From NCBI RefSeq assembly GCF_000002075.1, contig NW_004797290.1, positions 660,348 to 724,347 of the forward strand: 64,000 bases of DNA. Direction: 5' to 3'. The notes under the pieces are model-generated. The model made no database searches. It was not told the origin of the DNA and saw nothing but the letters and a program-made list of their open reading frames with translations. Below, piece by piece: positions 11,514 to 23,462 of this stretch (position 1 is its first letter; each line of letters begins with the position of its first letter). A program made the position numbers and the translations under genes. Source of the stretch: Aplysia californica. Taxonomy: Eukaryota.

Positions 11514-14500
11514 ATGCTTTCGGATAAGAATGGAGAGAACTATAGGAATGGACGTCCTTCTAGAGATGCCAGTTCGCAATCAGACGATAGCAGTGATGAG
11601 TCGGACCAGGGTGAGTTGGATTGGTTTTATTAGAAGTTTTCAAGCTAACCACAACAGTACCTCACGTCACACATTTCATTACAGGTTCTCGGTATTTCAA
11701 AAGAGATTTGATTGATTGCCTGGTTTATTTTGAACATAAAAGATAGGGATAAAATGAAAAATGGAATCACTTTCTTGGTGTGTGTTGAATTTGGTTCTTT
11801 TTATGTTTGTGTTTGAATTTGTATTCTTCGCGTTTTCAGAGAGCGGAATGCGCATTGGGGATGAATATCAAGCGGATATCCCAGAATGTACCCCAGGTGA
11901 GATAGAAGTTACCTTTCTTGAGGCACCCCCCCCCTAAAAAAGAAGCGCACCCTCCCCCCACACACTTCATGACTTTATTTTCCTTACAAAATCCTGCCCC
12001 AAGTTGTACGTTGGGGTTTTTTTTGGTATGTATTTTTTAGGCCTCGTATTTTTTATGCATGTGTGTTTGGAGAAAAGTGAGTAAATTTTTACCGCACTTA
12101 ATGCACTACTGCTTCAACTTATTTCAGGGATCAAGAAACTACGACAGCGACAGTATTTAGTCAATTTAGATCTATTGTTTGCTGCAGATCACACAACCAA
12201 ACTGTAGGCTAAAATATCAAATTATGGGTTAAAAAAGGGGGGCATGCCCTCCTGTAGGGTAGGCCTAACACCCTAGATTTTTTTTTTAGCCCACTCCCTG
12301 GGGGTGGGGGGGTGGGGGGGCAGCAGCCCTCCTTATAGATCTAGATCTAGTGTAATATAGATCTAGCTCGTTTTTAAGAAAAATCAAATATTTAGAAAAT
12401 GGACAACTGGTTGAATGTGAAACGGGAGGGAAAGTAAAAGAATACCGAAAAGTGATTAGGTTCAACTGTACAAATCTATACAATAAAGATGCTGTTAATT
12501 GTAATTTCTGTACTTTTTCCGTAGCATGTCGATATGTTTGGTTTGTTAATCTAAAATAAGCATTGTTTTATTGATGCTCTTGCCCTAAAAAAAAGTCTGA
12601 GCTAGATCTACTATACTTTACACATGGGGCACCCCCCCCCCCCAAAAAAAAAATAAAAAATGAAGAAAAATTAATTCAATAAATTAATAAATTAAAAAAA
12701 TTAAAAGTTACTCCTGCAAATTTTTTGTAACCATAAATATTTACTTTGATAAAGAAACACATACAAGTGCCTCTTGACTTTAAATTTGTTTACGTCCAAT
12801 TTTTCTAACAATTTCAATATCAGACATATTGACCCCTCCCCCCATGAAAGGACTGTTTAGTTATTGATGGAAAAGGCAAATACAGATAGCAGGCCTTTAA
12901 TACGAAGAAATTGTTTTTTTTAATAAAATGATGAGGGCCTCGATAAAAACCTTAAATTCCTAGCAGATCCTGTAATTTTTTATTCTTTTCCAGAGTCCAA
13001 GTATGATGGAAAACCTGAAGCCATGTTAGTATGGGCCCCCTCTCCAAATTTGTCTGATGCTAAGGGTAAGTTTTTCAAACTGGTGATGCAATAATGTAGG
13101 CTACTACTTGTTTTAATGCAATGACTTGTAAAATCATCCACTTTCAAAGACTAGGTCAAGATCTAGAATATTTTAGATCCTCAATATTTTGTTTTTCTTA
13201 AAGGAGAAATGTCATTTTTTTGTGTGTAACGAGGCTGTTATTGATTTTTAGAACGTTAACATTGAAAAAAAATTTTTTTTTTTTTTTTGGTCCCTTGTTT
13301 TTATAGAGAGATGCAAAATATCTTGCAAATGCCCCTAGACTGAACAATATGACTGAGAAGAAACATGACGTGGTATAGTGTTACAAATATGTCGTTGTCA
13401 ATACATTTTTAAGCAATCCTTGATTTTTAAACATTTTATCTTTCCATGTTTCATTCCTGTGCAGTTTTGGAGCTTGTTAAAAGTTAATCAAATGTCAAAT
13501 TATAATGTGACGATGCTTTTTTTTCTTGTCTTGCAGTGGATGAATACATTCGCATTGCTAAGGATCTTCATGATTACAATATGGAGCAGGTACGTAAACA
13601 ATTTTTTCTTTTTACTCTTTAAACAAGATGTTTTGCTTGGTATTTTGAGGGCAACAAAAAGGTTAAATCCACATTTTAGTAGTTGATGGAATACGAGGCA
13701 GCTATGAAATGAGAGATTGTTGCAGGGTTGTTCGTGTCCATTATCATATGGTAATTGTATTTTCAAAGGTTGGTAATTGTAATTTGAAAGATTTTTGGTT
13801 TTACTTTGCTTTGTTCAGGAGTAAATTAACTTTCATGTAGCCATGTGGAGGAAAAACGATGTAAAATTTTTGTGTGGACAAATCATACTCTACAATAATA
13901 AACCTTCCAATGGCCAGGGTGACATTTTCATGAAATGTGAAATTGGTACTACAAACTGAAAAGAGAGTAGAAAAAGAAAAGCCCAACCACAAACCCAAAC
14001 TCTCAAAGCCCTCAATTATGACTTTATGCAGTTTCGGTCACCATAAAACTCTTGCCAAACATAACCAATAAAATAAATATTAAAAGCGACTGGCAGAAAA
14101 AAACAGGGGGAATAACTACTTATATAATATACCATTTACCCAGTGTTTCTCGAATTATCTCCCCTTTAACTTCATGAAAAGTCCACACAGCAGTATAATG
14201 ACTTTAAAGACAGGTCACATTATGCGGATGAAACACCAAAGTATTATGTAGTATGTAGAGCTCAAATTGATAAAACCAATCAAAATATGAGATATAAATT
14301 GCTTTTGATGGAATGTTGCTTCTATGCTGATCTTTTTCTAAGGCTCTAAGGTATTAAAAATGGGTTGTTTTTTTGTTATGATGTTGGTGGGTTTTTTTTT
14401 TGCATAGTATTTTCCCTTTTTTTCCCCCCAGGCTCTTGGAATGTTGTTTTGGCACAAGCACAATATTGACAGAGCTCTGTCAGACCTTCCAAACTTTACT

Positions 14501-16090
14501 CCTTTTCCTGACGAATGGTCTGTGGAGGATAAAGTTTTGTTTGAGCAAGCTTTCGGATTCCATGGGAAAAGTTTTCATCGTATCAAGCAGATGGTATGTT
14601 CATCTCACTGTACCATCGCTATTTGGAACAAACAATGAACATTTTCGTACTGATGTTATGTTTCAAGACTAGAACAATCGCCTAAGTGACTTAATTTGTT
14701 GGTTTCGTTCCAGATTCATGTAATTAATAGTTTTTGTGGGATTTCCTTTTTTAAAAAATTTGATGAATTTTTCTCTTACAATGGTCAGTTCCCTACTTTG
14801 ACCAATCACCTGAAAAATCAATTACCATCCATATTTAATGAGAACTTGATTTTGGGGGGGGAAGGGGGATGTCATGCTTTGTGTTGATTTACATACCTGT
14901 AGCTAGGTCTGGCTTACTTATAAAGTGTGTTGTCTCTAGTGCACGATTTAAGGCACATTCATTTTACTTAAAAACAAGCCTTATTTTGCAACGGAAGGCG
15001 TTAGGTTTTTCTTTTTGTTATGTCATTAAAATAGCTTGGGGGAAGGGGGATTTGGGAAGAGAGAGGGGAGGGGTAGAGGTGACATGGGATGTGAGTGCAT
15101 CGGTATCAAGTTGGGGCCAAAAGCTACATAACTTTGGGTTGTTGTTGGTTCTTTTTGTTTTTTTGTTTTGTTTTCTTTTTAATTTACGAAAGAAACTACA
15201 TAGATAGTGGAACAAAAGTATATCATGGTATGATTCTGGTGCCAAAATCGGTAAACTTTCAAAATACAGGATAGCTTACGTGGTTCGAAAGTTGCCGCAC
15301 TCAGTTTTTTAAATGAGTACAATTCAGACTATTAGACCTACACTAAGCAACAATGTTCAGGCACAGAAGTAGATATAATATCGTGTAAAACTATAACTGG
15401 AGAGACAAAGCTGCAGCTCATCCGTACTGGGATTCAAAGATCGCAAAAGGCCCGAACTAGATTAATTTGTACCGATGCGTGTTCAAGTTTCCTTGAAATT
15501 TTGACAATGTTGGAGCCTCCCGTAAGTCTCTTGTCTTGGAGCTCCTCAAAACCTAGCGCAAAAGAGTAAAGTTTCTTACTCTCCCCCCCCCCCTCCCCCA
15601 ATCCTTTCTCCCTTTATTTATTGCATCTGCTGTGCACTATTTTTTAATGCTGTAATAATTGCTTGACCAGAAAGGATGTGATGGGAGGCAGCAAATAACC
15701 ATGAATCGTTAGTGTAATAGAACAATAGAGTGAATAAATGTGATATACAGCTCTGTAATGTTGGAGTAAGCTGTCAAATTTAAGGAGCCAGTGAAGCTTC
15801 ATCAAGAACTGTCTTACGTGTTCCTTAAAATTAGCATTGCAGACATACGGGTCTCAGAGCAGCTGCAGTCTCAGATGGAAGGTTTACAAGAAGTGAGTTA
15901 TAATTATAATAGCACAGGACATGACAAAGGGGGGAAAACAACTTTATGACAGGCATACATGTACCAGAGAGAGTCTATTTTTTTATATGGGGTTAATATT
16001 TCATTATAATAGTGCATTAACAGTACTTGCCATGATGATTCAGTTTAAGGTTGGCCCCAAAAGACGCTCCCCATCCCCACCCTTCTCCCC

Positions 16091-16185
<95 letters not shown>

Positions 16186-19100
16186 ATGATTTATTTAATG
16201 CGGCTAAGGCCACACCAGAGCAATTTTATTCTCATTTTAAAGACTTACTAAATCTCAGAAATAATGAATCATCAGAGGATTTATTACAGACACAAGTTGA
16301 TCATGAAGTAGTTTCAACAAATGAGGATTTAGACACAAATGTTTACTTGTATGATAAAGAAATATAAACTTCTAAAGTTCAAAGCGTTCTGAGAAAACTG
16401 AACAAAGGAAAGGCTAGCGGATGTGACGAGATTGGTCCTGAATTCTATTCGAATGCATGTCCTTCCTTGATAATATACACGTGTTTGTTGTTTAATGCCA
16501 TTTTTAACACAGGGAAGTACCCAAAAATGTGGTGTCAAGCCCTAATACATCCTCTCCTCAAGAAAAGTAGTACTTCAGATTCAAACAACTACAGGGGCAT
16601 TGCACTTCTAAATATCATATCCAAGATAATGTCCAGTATAGTGCATTCAATACTCGCGGAATGGGCCGAGCAGACTAATGTAATTCCAGAATCGCAAGCA
16701 GGATTTCGTAAAGGTTATAGCACTATCGATCATATCTTCTCGATTCAATCAATAGTCCAAAAGCACCTTTAAAAGAAACGTGGACGCTTCTATGTATTTT
16801 TTTTTTGATTTTTCAAAAGCATTTGACTGCGTCCCCCATGAAAAACTGTGGGCAGTCTTGAGGAAAAGAAGCCTGAGAGGGAAAATGTGAATATTACTAC
16901 AAAGTATGTACTCGGAAGTTATGTGCTCTGTCCGTACTGGCCGGCATGAAATTACGGAATATTTTAATGGCTTGTCGGGTGTTCGTCAAGGATGTATTCT
17001 TAGCCCACTTTTGTTCAATATTTATGTTTCTGAATTTGAATTGATGTTGAAAAACAGTGCTGTTAAAGGAGTTGAGCTATTAAGCAAGGATGAACAAACT
17101 CGCAATTTAATGTACTCAGATGACATGTGCTTATTTTCAGACAATAGTGTAGACATGCAAAGGAAGATCAATTGTTTGGAGAAGTATTGTAACCAGTGGG
17201 GACTGTATGTAAATTTGGAAAAGACTAAGATGATTGATTTTAGAAATGGAGGCATGCTAAAGCGCTCTGAAAAATGGTTTTACAAAAAAGGCATTAAAGT
17301 AACCATGTACTTTAGCTATCTAAGGATGGTATGTTCATCTCACTTGCTATGGTCAAAGTGTAAAGAAAACTTATGTTGTAAAGCAACAAGGCTCACTTCC
17401 TGAGTGAGATGTCTAAGTGAAAGATATGAGCACTTGAATGTCCAAACTTTGTTCAAAATTTTTNNNNNNNNNNNNNNNNNNNNNNNNNNNNNNNNNNNNN
17501 NNNNNNNNNNNNNNNNNNNNNNNNNNNNNNNNNNNNNNNNNNNNNNNNNNNNNNNNNNNNNNNTGCTCTCTGAATGTTGTTTATTTATATGCTTTAGGTT
17601 CACATAGTGTCATTTAGATTTTTTTGTATATACGTGTGTATTTTTTCAGCTTCCAGATAAACCCATCTCTGCCCTGGTGAAATATTTTTATTCATGGAAG
17701 AGGACCCGTTCACGGTCCAGTGTAATGGACAGGCAGGCCAAGCGACTAGGGAGTGGTGGGGACAGGTATGTTGTTGGTCCTTACAGCTGAGCAGGATGTG
17801 CTGTGAGCCATGTATTTAGGAGCAGACCTTGGTCCAGAGAGAATGAAAAGTTGGATTTGAGGAGAGAATTACTAACGATGTTGGGAAGGATGAGTATAAT
17901 TTTAGCCTAAGCCATCTTGCCGATAGTGAGAGGCACTTTTTTTAAACATTGCAAGCAGTAGGTAAACCCTTTTCGTTTTTTTCACACTTTTGTTTGTACT
18001 ACTCTGCTCCAATGTCATTTGGGTGGTGTCTTTTGTTCAGTTTTGTTTGGTTTGAGAATTTTATAAATTATTGTGAGCAGACATGGGAAAATGTCAAGTA
18101 TAGAGATTCAATACAGGTTGTCAGATTTCTGTTTGTATGCGAGTGAAATTGTGGGCTTATTCTTTTTCACATTATAGATGTTGAGTTCTGATATTGAAAG
18201 TGATGTGTTATGTTTTATTTCTCATTTTCAGTGATGATGGCTCTGGGAATACATCTAATTCTGATGAAGAGGACAAGAATAAAGATTCAGTAAGTGGTTT
18301 TGATATTATAGAAGAGACATGTATGGATTAGAATGTCCAGTTAAGTTTCTTTTGTGAATTGCGATAGAGAAATCCTATTCAATGCTGGTTGTCAGTGAGT
18401 TTCAGGTGGAAAAAAAATGACAAGGAATTGATGGCACAGCATTTAGGTGGGTGGTCAGTTGGGAGGATGCCCCTGAGTGTTACATGTTAACTCTAGCTTA
18501 AAAAAAGAAAATAATGGTGCTGCATTTTGTTGACCAACAGTGGCGTGTTTGTGTTTCCTGTTTCATAATAGTGTGTACTGTAAGCTGCTGATGTAACCTT
18601 TAGATTCGATTTAAATGGATACACTTTAGTGTTAATTTTCCTAAAAGTATTCTTTTTGGTCCTATGAAAAAAAATCTTTTTTTCTTTTTTGTGGAAAGAA
18701 ACAAACTTTCACAGTTACATTGACTTGCAGTGGATATGCGTGATTGTTTTGCTTGTTTGTTTTTTTCCCCCCATTTAATGTTTAATGTTTATTTTTCATC
18801 ATCAGAAAGATAAAAACCGGTGTGTCAATTGTGGTGTAGGAACTTCACAGCTCCATGTGACTCCCAAAGGGTCGCTCTGTCATAGCTGTTACCAGTATTG
18901 GAGGTAAAGTGTTGCTGTTCATATGTCGCTGAAAACTACAATTTTGAAAAGTTGATTTGTGGATGGATGTTGTTCATGATAAAGTTGTACAGTAGTCTCT
19001 GCCTGAGATTCTGGTGCTTGGGAGCAGGGAAAATGCAGGATGTTAGCTGATTCATTGCGTTGAGAATCCATGGTGACAGATGCGGAGCCCACAGTCGGTA

Positions 19101-22100
19101 AAATGAATTTTCCCCACTTGGAAATGAACTGATGTGACCCCTGGGTGGATTTATCACTTATGCCGAACAAACTGTGGTTAACTTTGACTGCAGTTTTAAT
19201 AGCATGAGGTATGTCATTTTCATTTATCTAATTGTGAGTCTCAAGATTTACATTGATTTTGATCTCATTGCTCCTTCCCTTAACCTGTCAAACGTAGCTT
19301 TGATGGCAAACTTCCATGAACTTAATGATTTTTCTTTCTCCTTACCTTGGATAAACATCCAGGCGCACAGGTGTGATGCGATCAGCAGGTCCCAAACGCC
19401 ACGACTCTCAGAGCACAGGCCGACACAACCCCATCAAACACAAACGTAAGCCCCCCAAGGGCATGTACTTGGACCAGAACGACCTCCTGGCCATGGTCTC
19501 CGGCCCACCCAACCAGCCCGAGGTCATCCTCAAGGCTCTGGACTCAGAGCTGATCTCCCTCAAGAGGATGGTGCAGAATAACAAGCAGCTGCTGAGTCAG
19601 CAGAAACACAAGATGGGCACGGGTGTGGATGACTACAAACCACCTGAGGTGATGATATGCACATATTTGATGGTTGCTTTGGATTATCAGTGCATAAATA
19701 CATTTGAGTCTATGATTATTATTTGAAAATCCCTTCATTTAGTAGTTTTTCTTACAAAAAGTTTTACCAAGCATGCGTTGCATCTTTAAGATGTTCTAAG
19801 ATTAGTGCTTTTTTCTGGCTTAAAACAGAGGGATGAGTGTCTTGTGTATAAATTCTTTCATTACTACATGATGTGAAAAGTATAAGTTGTAAATAAAAAG
19901 AATTGGAGAAAAGAATAAATTTAGAATGAAAATAGGAAATGGCAGGGGTAGTGGGATATCTTTCTTGAAATCAAGTGCTGTTTAAAGTAACATAGTAACA
20001 CTGGAAGCTTACTTTGTGCTCAGTTTTCATAAATTGTTACCTGTTTGCGTAATGCTGGAGATTAAGTTTTATTTCCTACTATTTCTTATTTCTTTGACTT
20101 TCTGCAGTCTGGATTCAGAGTCAATGCAAGGTGGACAAATGAAGAGCTCTTGCTGGCAGTGCAAGGTAAAGTTTTTGTTTTTCACCATTTTTCATGCTGT
20201 CATCCTGTTTATTAACTTTGCAATATTGGATTTGAAGATATTATGTGTGTATTAATAAGGCTTTTTGTAGTCTGTTTGTTTGGATATATACTTCCAGTGG
20301 AGAACCATATCCCCTTACTTTTGTCTGGAGTGTTATGGTGAGACTTCTTGCTGCTGCATGCAGGGAACTTCATTGCGATAGGATTTGAAATTTTAAATCA
20401 AATAATTCTGGTCTCTCTGTCAGGAGGAACCTGTATCTCTCTCATAATCAGGTTGGTCGAGATAGCTTGGGTGGGGGCAGCCTCCTCAAAAATGATGTAA
20501 ATTGTATTGTAAATGCTAACAATCATTTTAAATGTCTTTTACTCATATTCACAGGTGTGCGCAAGTATGGAAAAGACTTCAAAGCTATTGCGGAGGTGAT
20601 CGGCAACAAAACTGAAGCCCACGTTAGGAGCTTCTTTGTTAACTTTCGCCGCCGCTATAATTTGGATGAAGTTTTTGAAGAATACGAGCAAGAACACGGA
20701 ACATCAAATGGATCCAAGTCAGATATCAAAGAAGAAGAAGATGATGTCAAAGAAGCTGAAGTGAAGGTAAAATTCTTAACTGATTTTCTCATGAAATATA
20801 AGGATGGTTCCTGTGTTTGGAGTGGTATTGAACTTCTTTATCTACCTTTTATCATTGTTTGAAAGAAAGGTAAAGTGTAGCTCAACGTGGAAAATCAGCT
20901 TTACTGTGTGACATTGTTGTCAGAACTGTGTTGCTGTTTTGTTTTTTATCATTGTTTAAAAAACAAAACAAATTTGAATTTTTGTTTGATGTAGTTATGG
21001 ACTCAGCAAACTTGGTTTTAGGCTCATGTCTGAAAATGGCAAGGATTTATTACCCTTGCGTTATGCGTTAGAGATAAAGCTAAATGTGTTGGGAATGAGC
21101 TATAAAAAAGTTTGAGTTGTTATGCCTGTAAACTTGCATCATAAAAGTAGAATCTGAAAGGCATGCACATTATTATCCAACTTTACCGCCAGTGTAATGA
21201 TGCATTAATTTTGTCTCATTTTAAGATGGAGGTTGACTCGGAGGCTGCTGTAAATGGCCACACAGGGTCGGAAACTTCAAAACCTAGTGAAGGGAGCTCA
21301 GCTAAGAAACCCGATGTGGCTTCTGATGGTGGGGATGGCGTGAAGCCTGGGAGTAGTGCAAGTGTCTCATCTACCTCAAAGTAAGCCCTGAGTAATGTAT
21401 GTGTCTGTCCTGAAAATTGTAATTGTCTAAACTAACTCAAAGTATGTCTTGAGTATTGCGAGTGTCTCAACTACCTCCAAGCAGGTCCTGAGTAATGTAT
21501 GTGTCTGTCCTGAAAATTGCAATTGTCTAAACTAACTCAAAGTATGTCTTGAGTATTGCAAGTGTCCCATCTACCTTTAAGTATGTCTGGAATGTCTATC
21601 CAGAAAATTGTACTAAGTGTGTCCAAATTACCTCAAAGTGTGTCCCGAGTATTGCAAGTGTCTCTTCTTCCTCAGAGTAAGTCCAGCTGTCTGAGAAGAA
21701 AGAATAGGTAAGATTCTATTGTATTCTATTCCCTTAGGAATTTTGTTGTAGATTTTAAGAACATGAAAGTACACGGGCATAAATGTTGGAAGAATGGAAG
21801 AAAATGTGTGGGACAGACTTCCTGTAGAAGTTTCTAGAGTGTTTCTGCAGGGTGAGTATTTATATTTGGAGTTATGGCTACTTGGTTTTTGTTACAAGGT
21901 GAGACTATTTGTGGTCAGAAATTTTTGAGAATCGTATGTTCTGTATTGTCCAAAACTTATCTGTTGCCTATAGCCTTGTTATATTTTATTTCTTTATATA
22001 CTGTGTGATGTAATACTAATGTAGTGTGATGTGACAGTCACAAAACTGAGATAAGACGAAAGGATATGATCATTTCTTCTCTTGATACATACTGCAAAGT

Positions 22101-23462
22101 TAGATGAAAAAGGAGGTTCCTTGGTGCTGTAATCATGTCATTGTCCTCATTCTTTTCTTTCTCAAGAAAGATTTTTAAGTTTAAAGTGGAATGAGGGGGC
22201 TCTCGTGGCTTTCTACTGCTGTCTTTCAGCCACACCTAGCTTTCTCGGATAAGGGAAAAGAAAGAGTTCCTGTGGGCGAGTTGCGCACGTTAAAGATCCC
22301 TTGGTGGTCCTTAGTCGATAACAGTAGGCCTCAGCTGCCACTGGGGCAAAATTCAAAATTCAATCCTTCCGAACTGAAAATGCTTAATGTGTCTCATGCA
22401 CTCATATGACCTTATGCAGTTGCAAGCGCCGTAAAACACTTACCAAAACAAAACTATGTGAAGCTTAACTTTCAGTGGCCCTGGAACTTGGTAAGATTTT
22501 TTTCCTTTCGTGTTTTGTTTATCATATATGTGATGCGCTCTGTGAAAATTGTGAATATATGTGCGAAATAAGTTTTGAATTAGAAGCCAATTAGATTAGG
22601 TCAGGTCGTACGGTAGAATTTGAGCAGTTTGTACCAGGGGCTTTCCGACATCTCGTGTCTATTTATCCAAAAGTTTGTAAATTTTGAAAATGTATTTTTT
22701 ACATACTCTTTACTTTTATTTATTTTTGTTGTTGAAGCAAAATTTTCATCAAGAACAAATTTTGTTACAATATAGAACTTGACCTCCCGTGTGGTTCTCG
22801 GGACCCTGTCCAAGAGACAGGGGAGCAAAGAATAGGACCACTGTATCCGTACCGCGCATGTCGTAGAAGGCGACTAAGGTCGGTTGGGCAAAGGGTTAGC
22901 AGCCCTTTCCCGTAAAACAAAAGCAGCTACAAAAACATCAACAGCAAAAACAACACGACCGCCAGTTCTGGAAGCTGGAGGACCTTCATCGAAACAGATA
23001 GAAAAGGATGCTCAGGACAGGCTTCGCTGGAGTAATGCTGTTGATGGCCTGTGCTCCACTGGGAGTTTAAAAAAAGGGCAAGAGAGAGAGATAAAACTTG
23101 ACAGGAACAGTTTTCTGATCTAGAATATAGCATTCATACTTCACTTATCAAGGACTAGTCTAAGATGTATTGTTATAAGTCTGGCTGCTCCCAACTGTCT
23201 ACAACCACCAAAGTTTGCATTGCCAAGCGTCAAAGGTGACTGAAATTCGATATTTGGAATATTTTAGTATTACAAAGATGTAAACATAACGATAAAAAAA
23301 TACAATAAAGTGCTTACTACCCATGTTTGTTGTTGCCACAGGGGTTCCAGTGATCCGTCAGGTTCCTCTCTGAGCTCATCATCCGCCTCCGTTCCGTTGT
23401 CAGCCACCACACCCAAACCAGCTGCTGTTGCCGGACCAGTGCCAGTGACCACTGTCGCATGA
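11514..23462 (+). CDS. RCOR: REST corepressor (CoREST/RCOR family), 13 coding exons, ~514 aa
   Basis: Hand-spliced GT-AG exons with consistent phases: 11514-11610, 11840-11896, 12994-13065, 13537-13589, 14432-14593, 17650-17765, 18232-18289, 18806-18903, 19363-19648, 20108-20165, 20555-20766, 21226-21380, 23342-23462 (1545 nt incl. TGA). ELM2 ([44 protein letters not shown]), SANT1 ([45 protein letters not shown]), linker ([10 protein letters not shown]), SANT2 ([52 protein letters not shown]). The last exon is the least certain. Confidence 0.95.
16101..16184. repeat. (CT)n microsatellite
   Basis: Direct reading. Confidence 0.95.
16185..17463 (+). mobile_element. Non-LTR retrotransposon RT fragment (RTEX-like) in RCOR intron 5, degraded, running into an assembly gap
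   Basis: [67 protein letters not shown]; stops and frameshifts present. Clade assignment is tentative. Confidence 0.85.
17464..17563. other. Assembly gap (100 N)
   Basis: N run. Confidence 1.
21351..21682 (+). repeat. 100-bp tandem repeat (~3.3 copies) containing the RCOR exon 12 end and donor
   Basis: Units start at 21351, 21451, 21551 and ~21647 (GAGTA[G/T]TGC..GTGTCTCA.CTACCTC). Confidence 0.9.
22193..22455 (+). mobile_element. Nin/Deu-domain SINE, 5'-truncated
   Basis: CTCGGATAAGG...GCACGTTAAAGATCCC core, shared ATATGACCTTATGCAGTTGCAAGCGCCGTAAAAC tail, homologous to 54490-55030. Confidence 0.75.
22782..22835 (+). ncRNA. 5'-truncated HDV-like ribozyme
   Basis: L3 CUCCCGU, P3' GUG, P1' GUUCUC, GG, P4 CCCUGUC/GACAGGG, J4/2 CAAA, P2' GAAUAGG in the correct order; the P1 and P2 5' strands are missing. 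Confidence 0.55.
22784..23090 (+). mobile_element. Bipartite non-autonomous RTE derivative (5' end + 3' end)
   Basis: 12-bp TSD ATAGAACTTGAC/ATAAAACTTGAC (22772-22783, 23091-23102), TGTCGTAGAAGGCGACTAA hairpin motif, and an RTE-like ORF terminus [19 protein letters not shown]. Confidence 0.75.

Noticed and set aside
15921-16367. 148-aa ORF
   Set aside because: Read-through of a (CT)n microsatellite into the LINE fragment.
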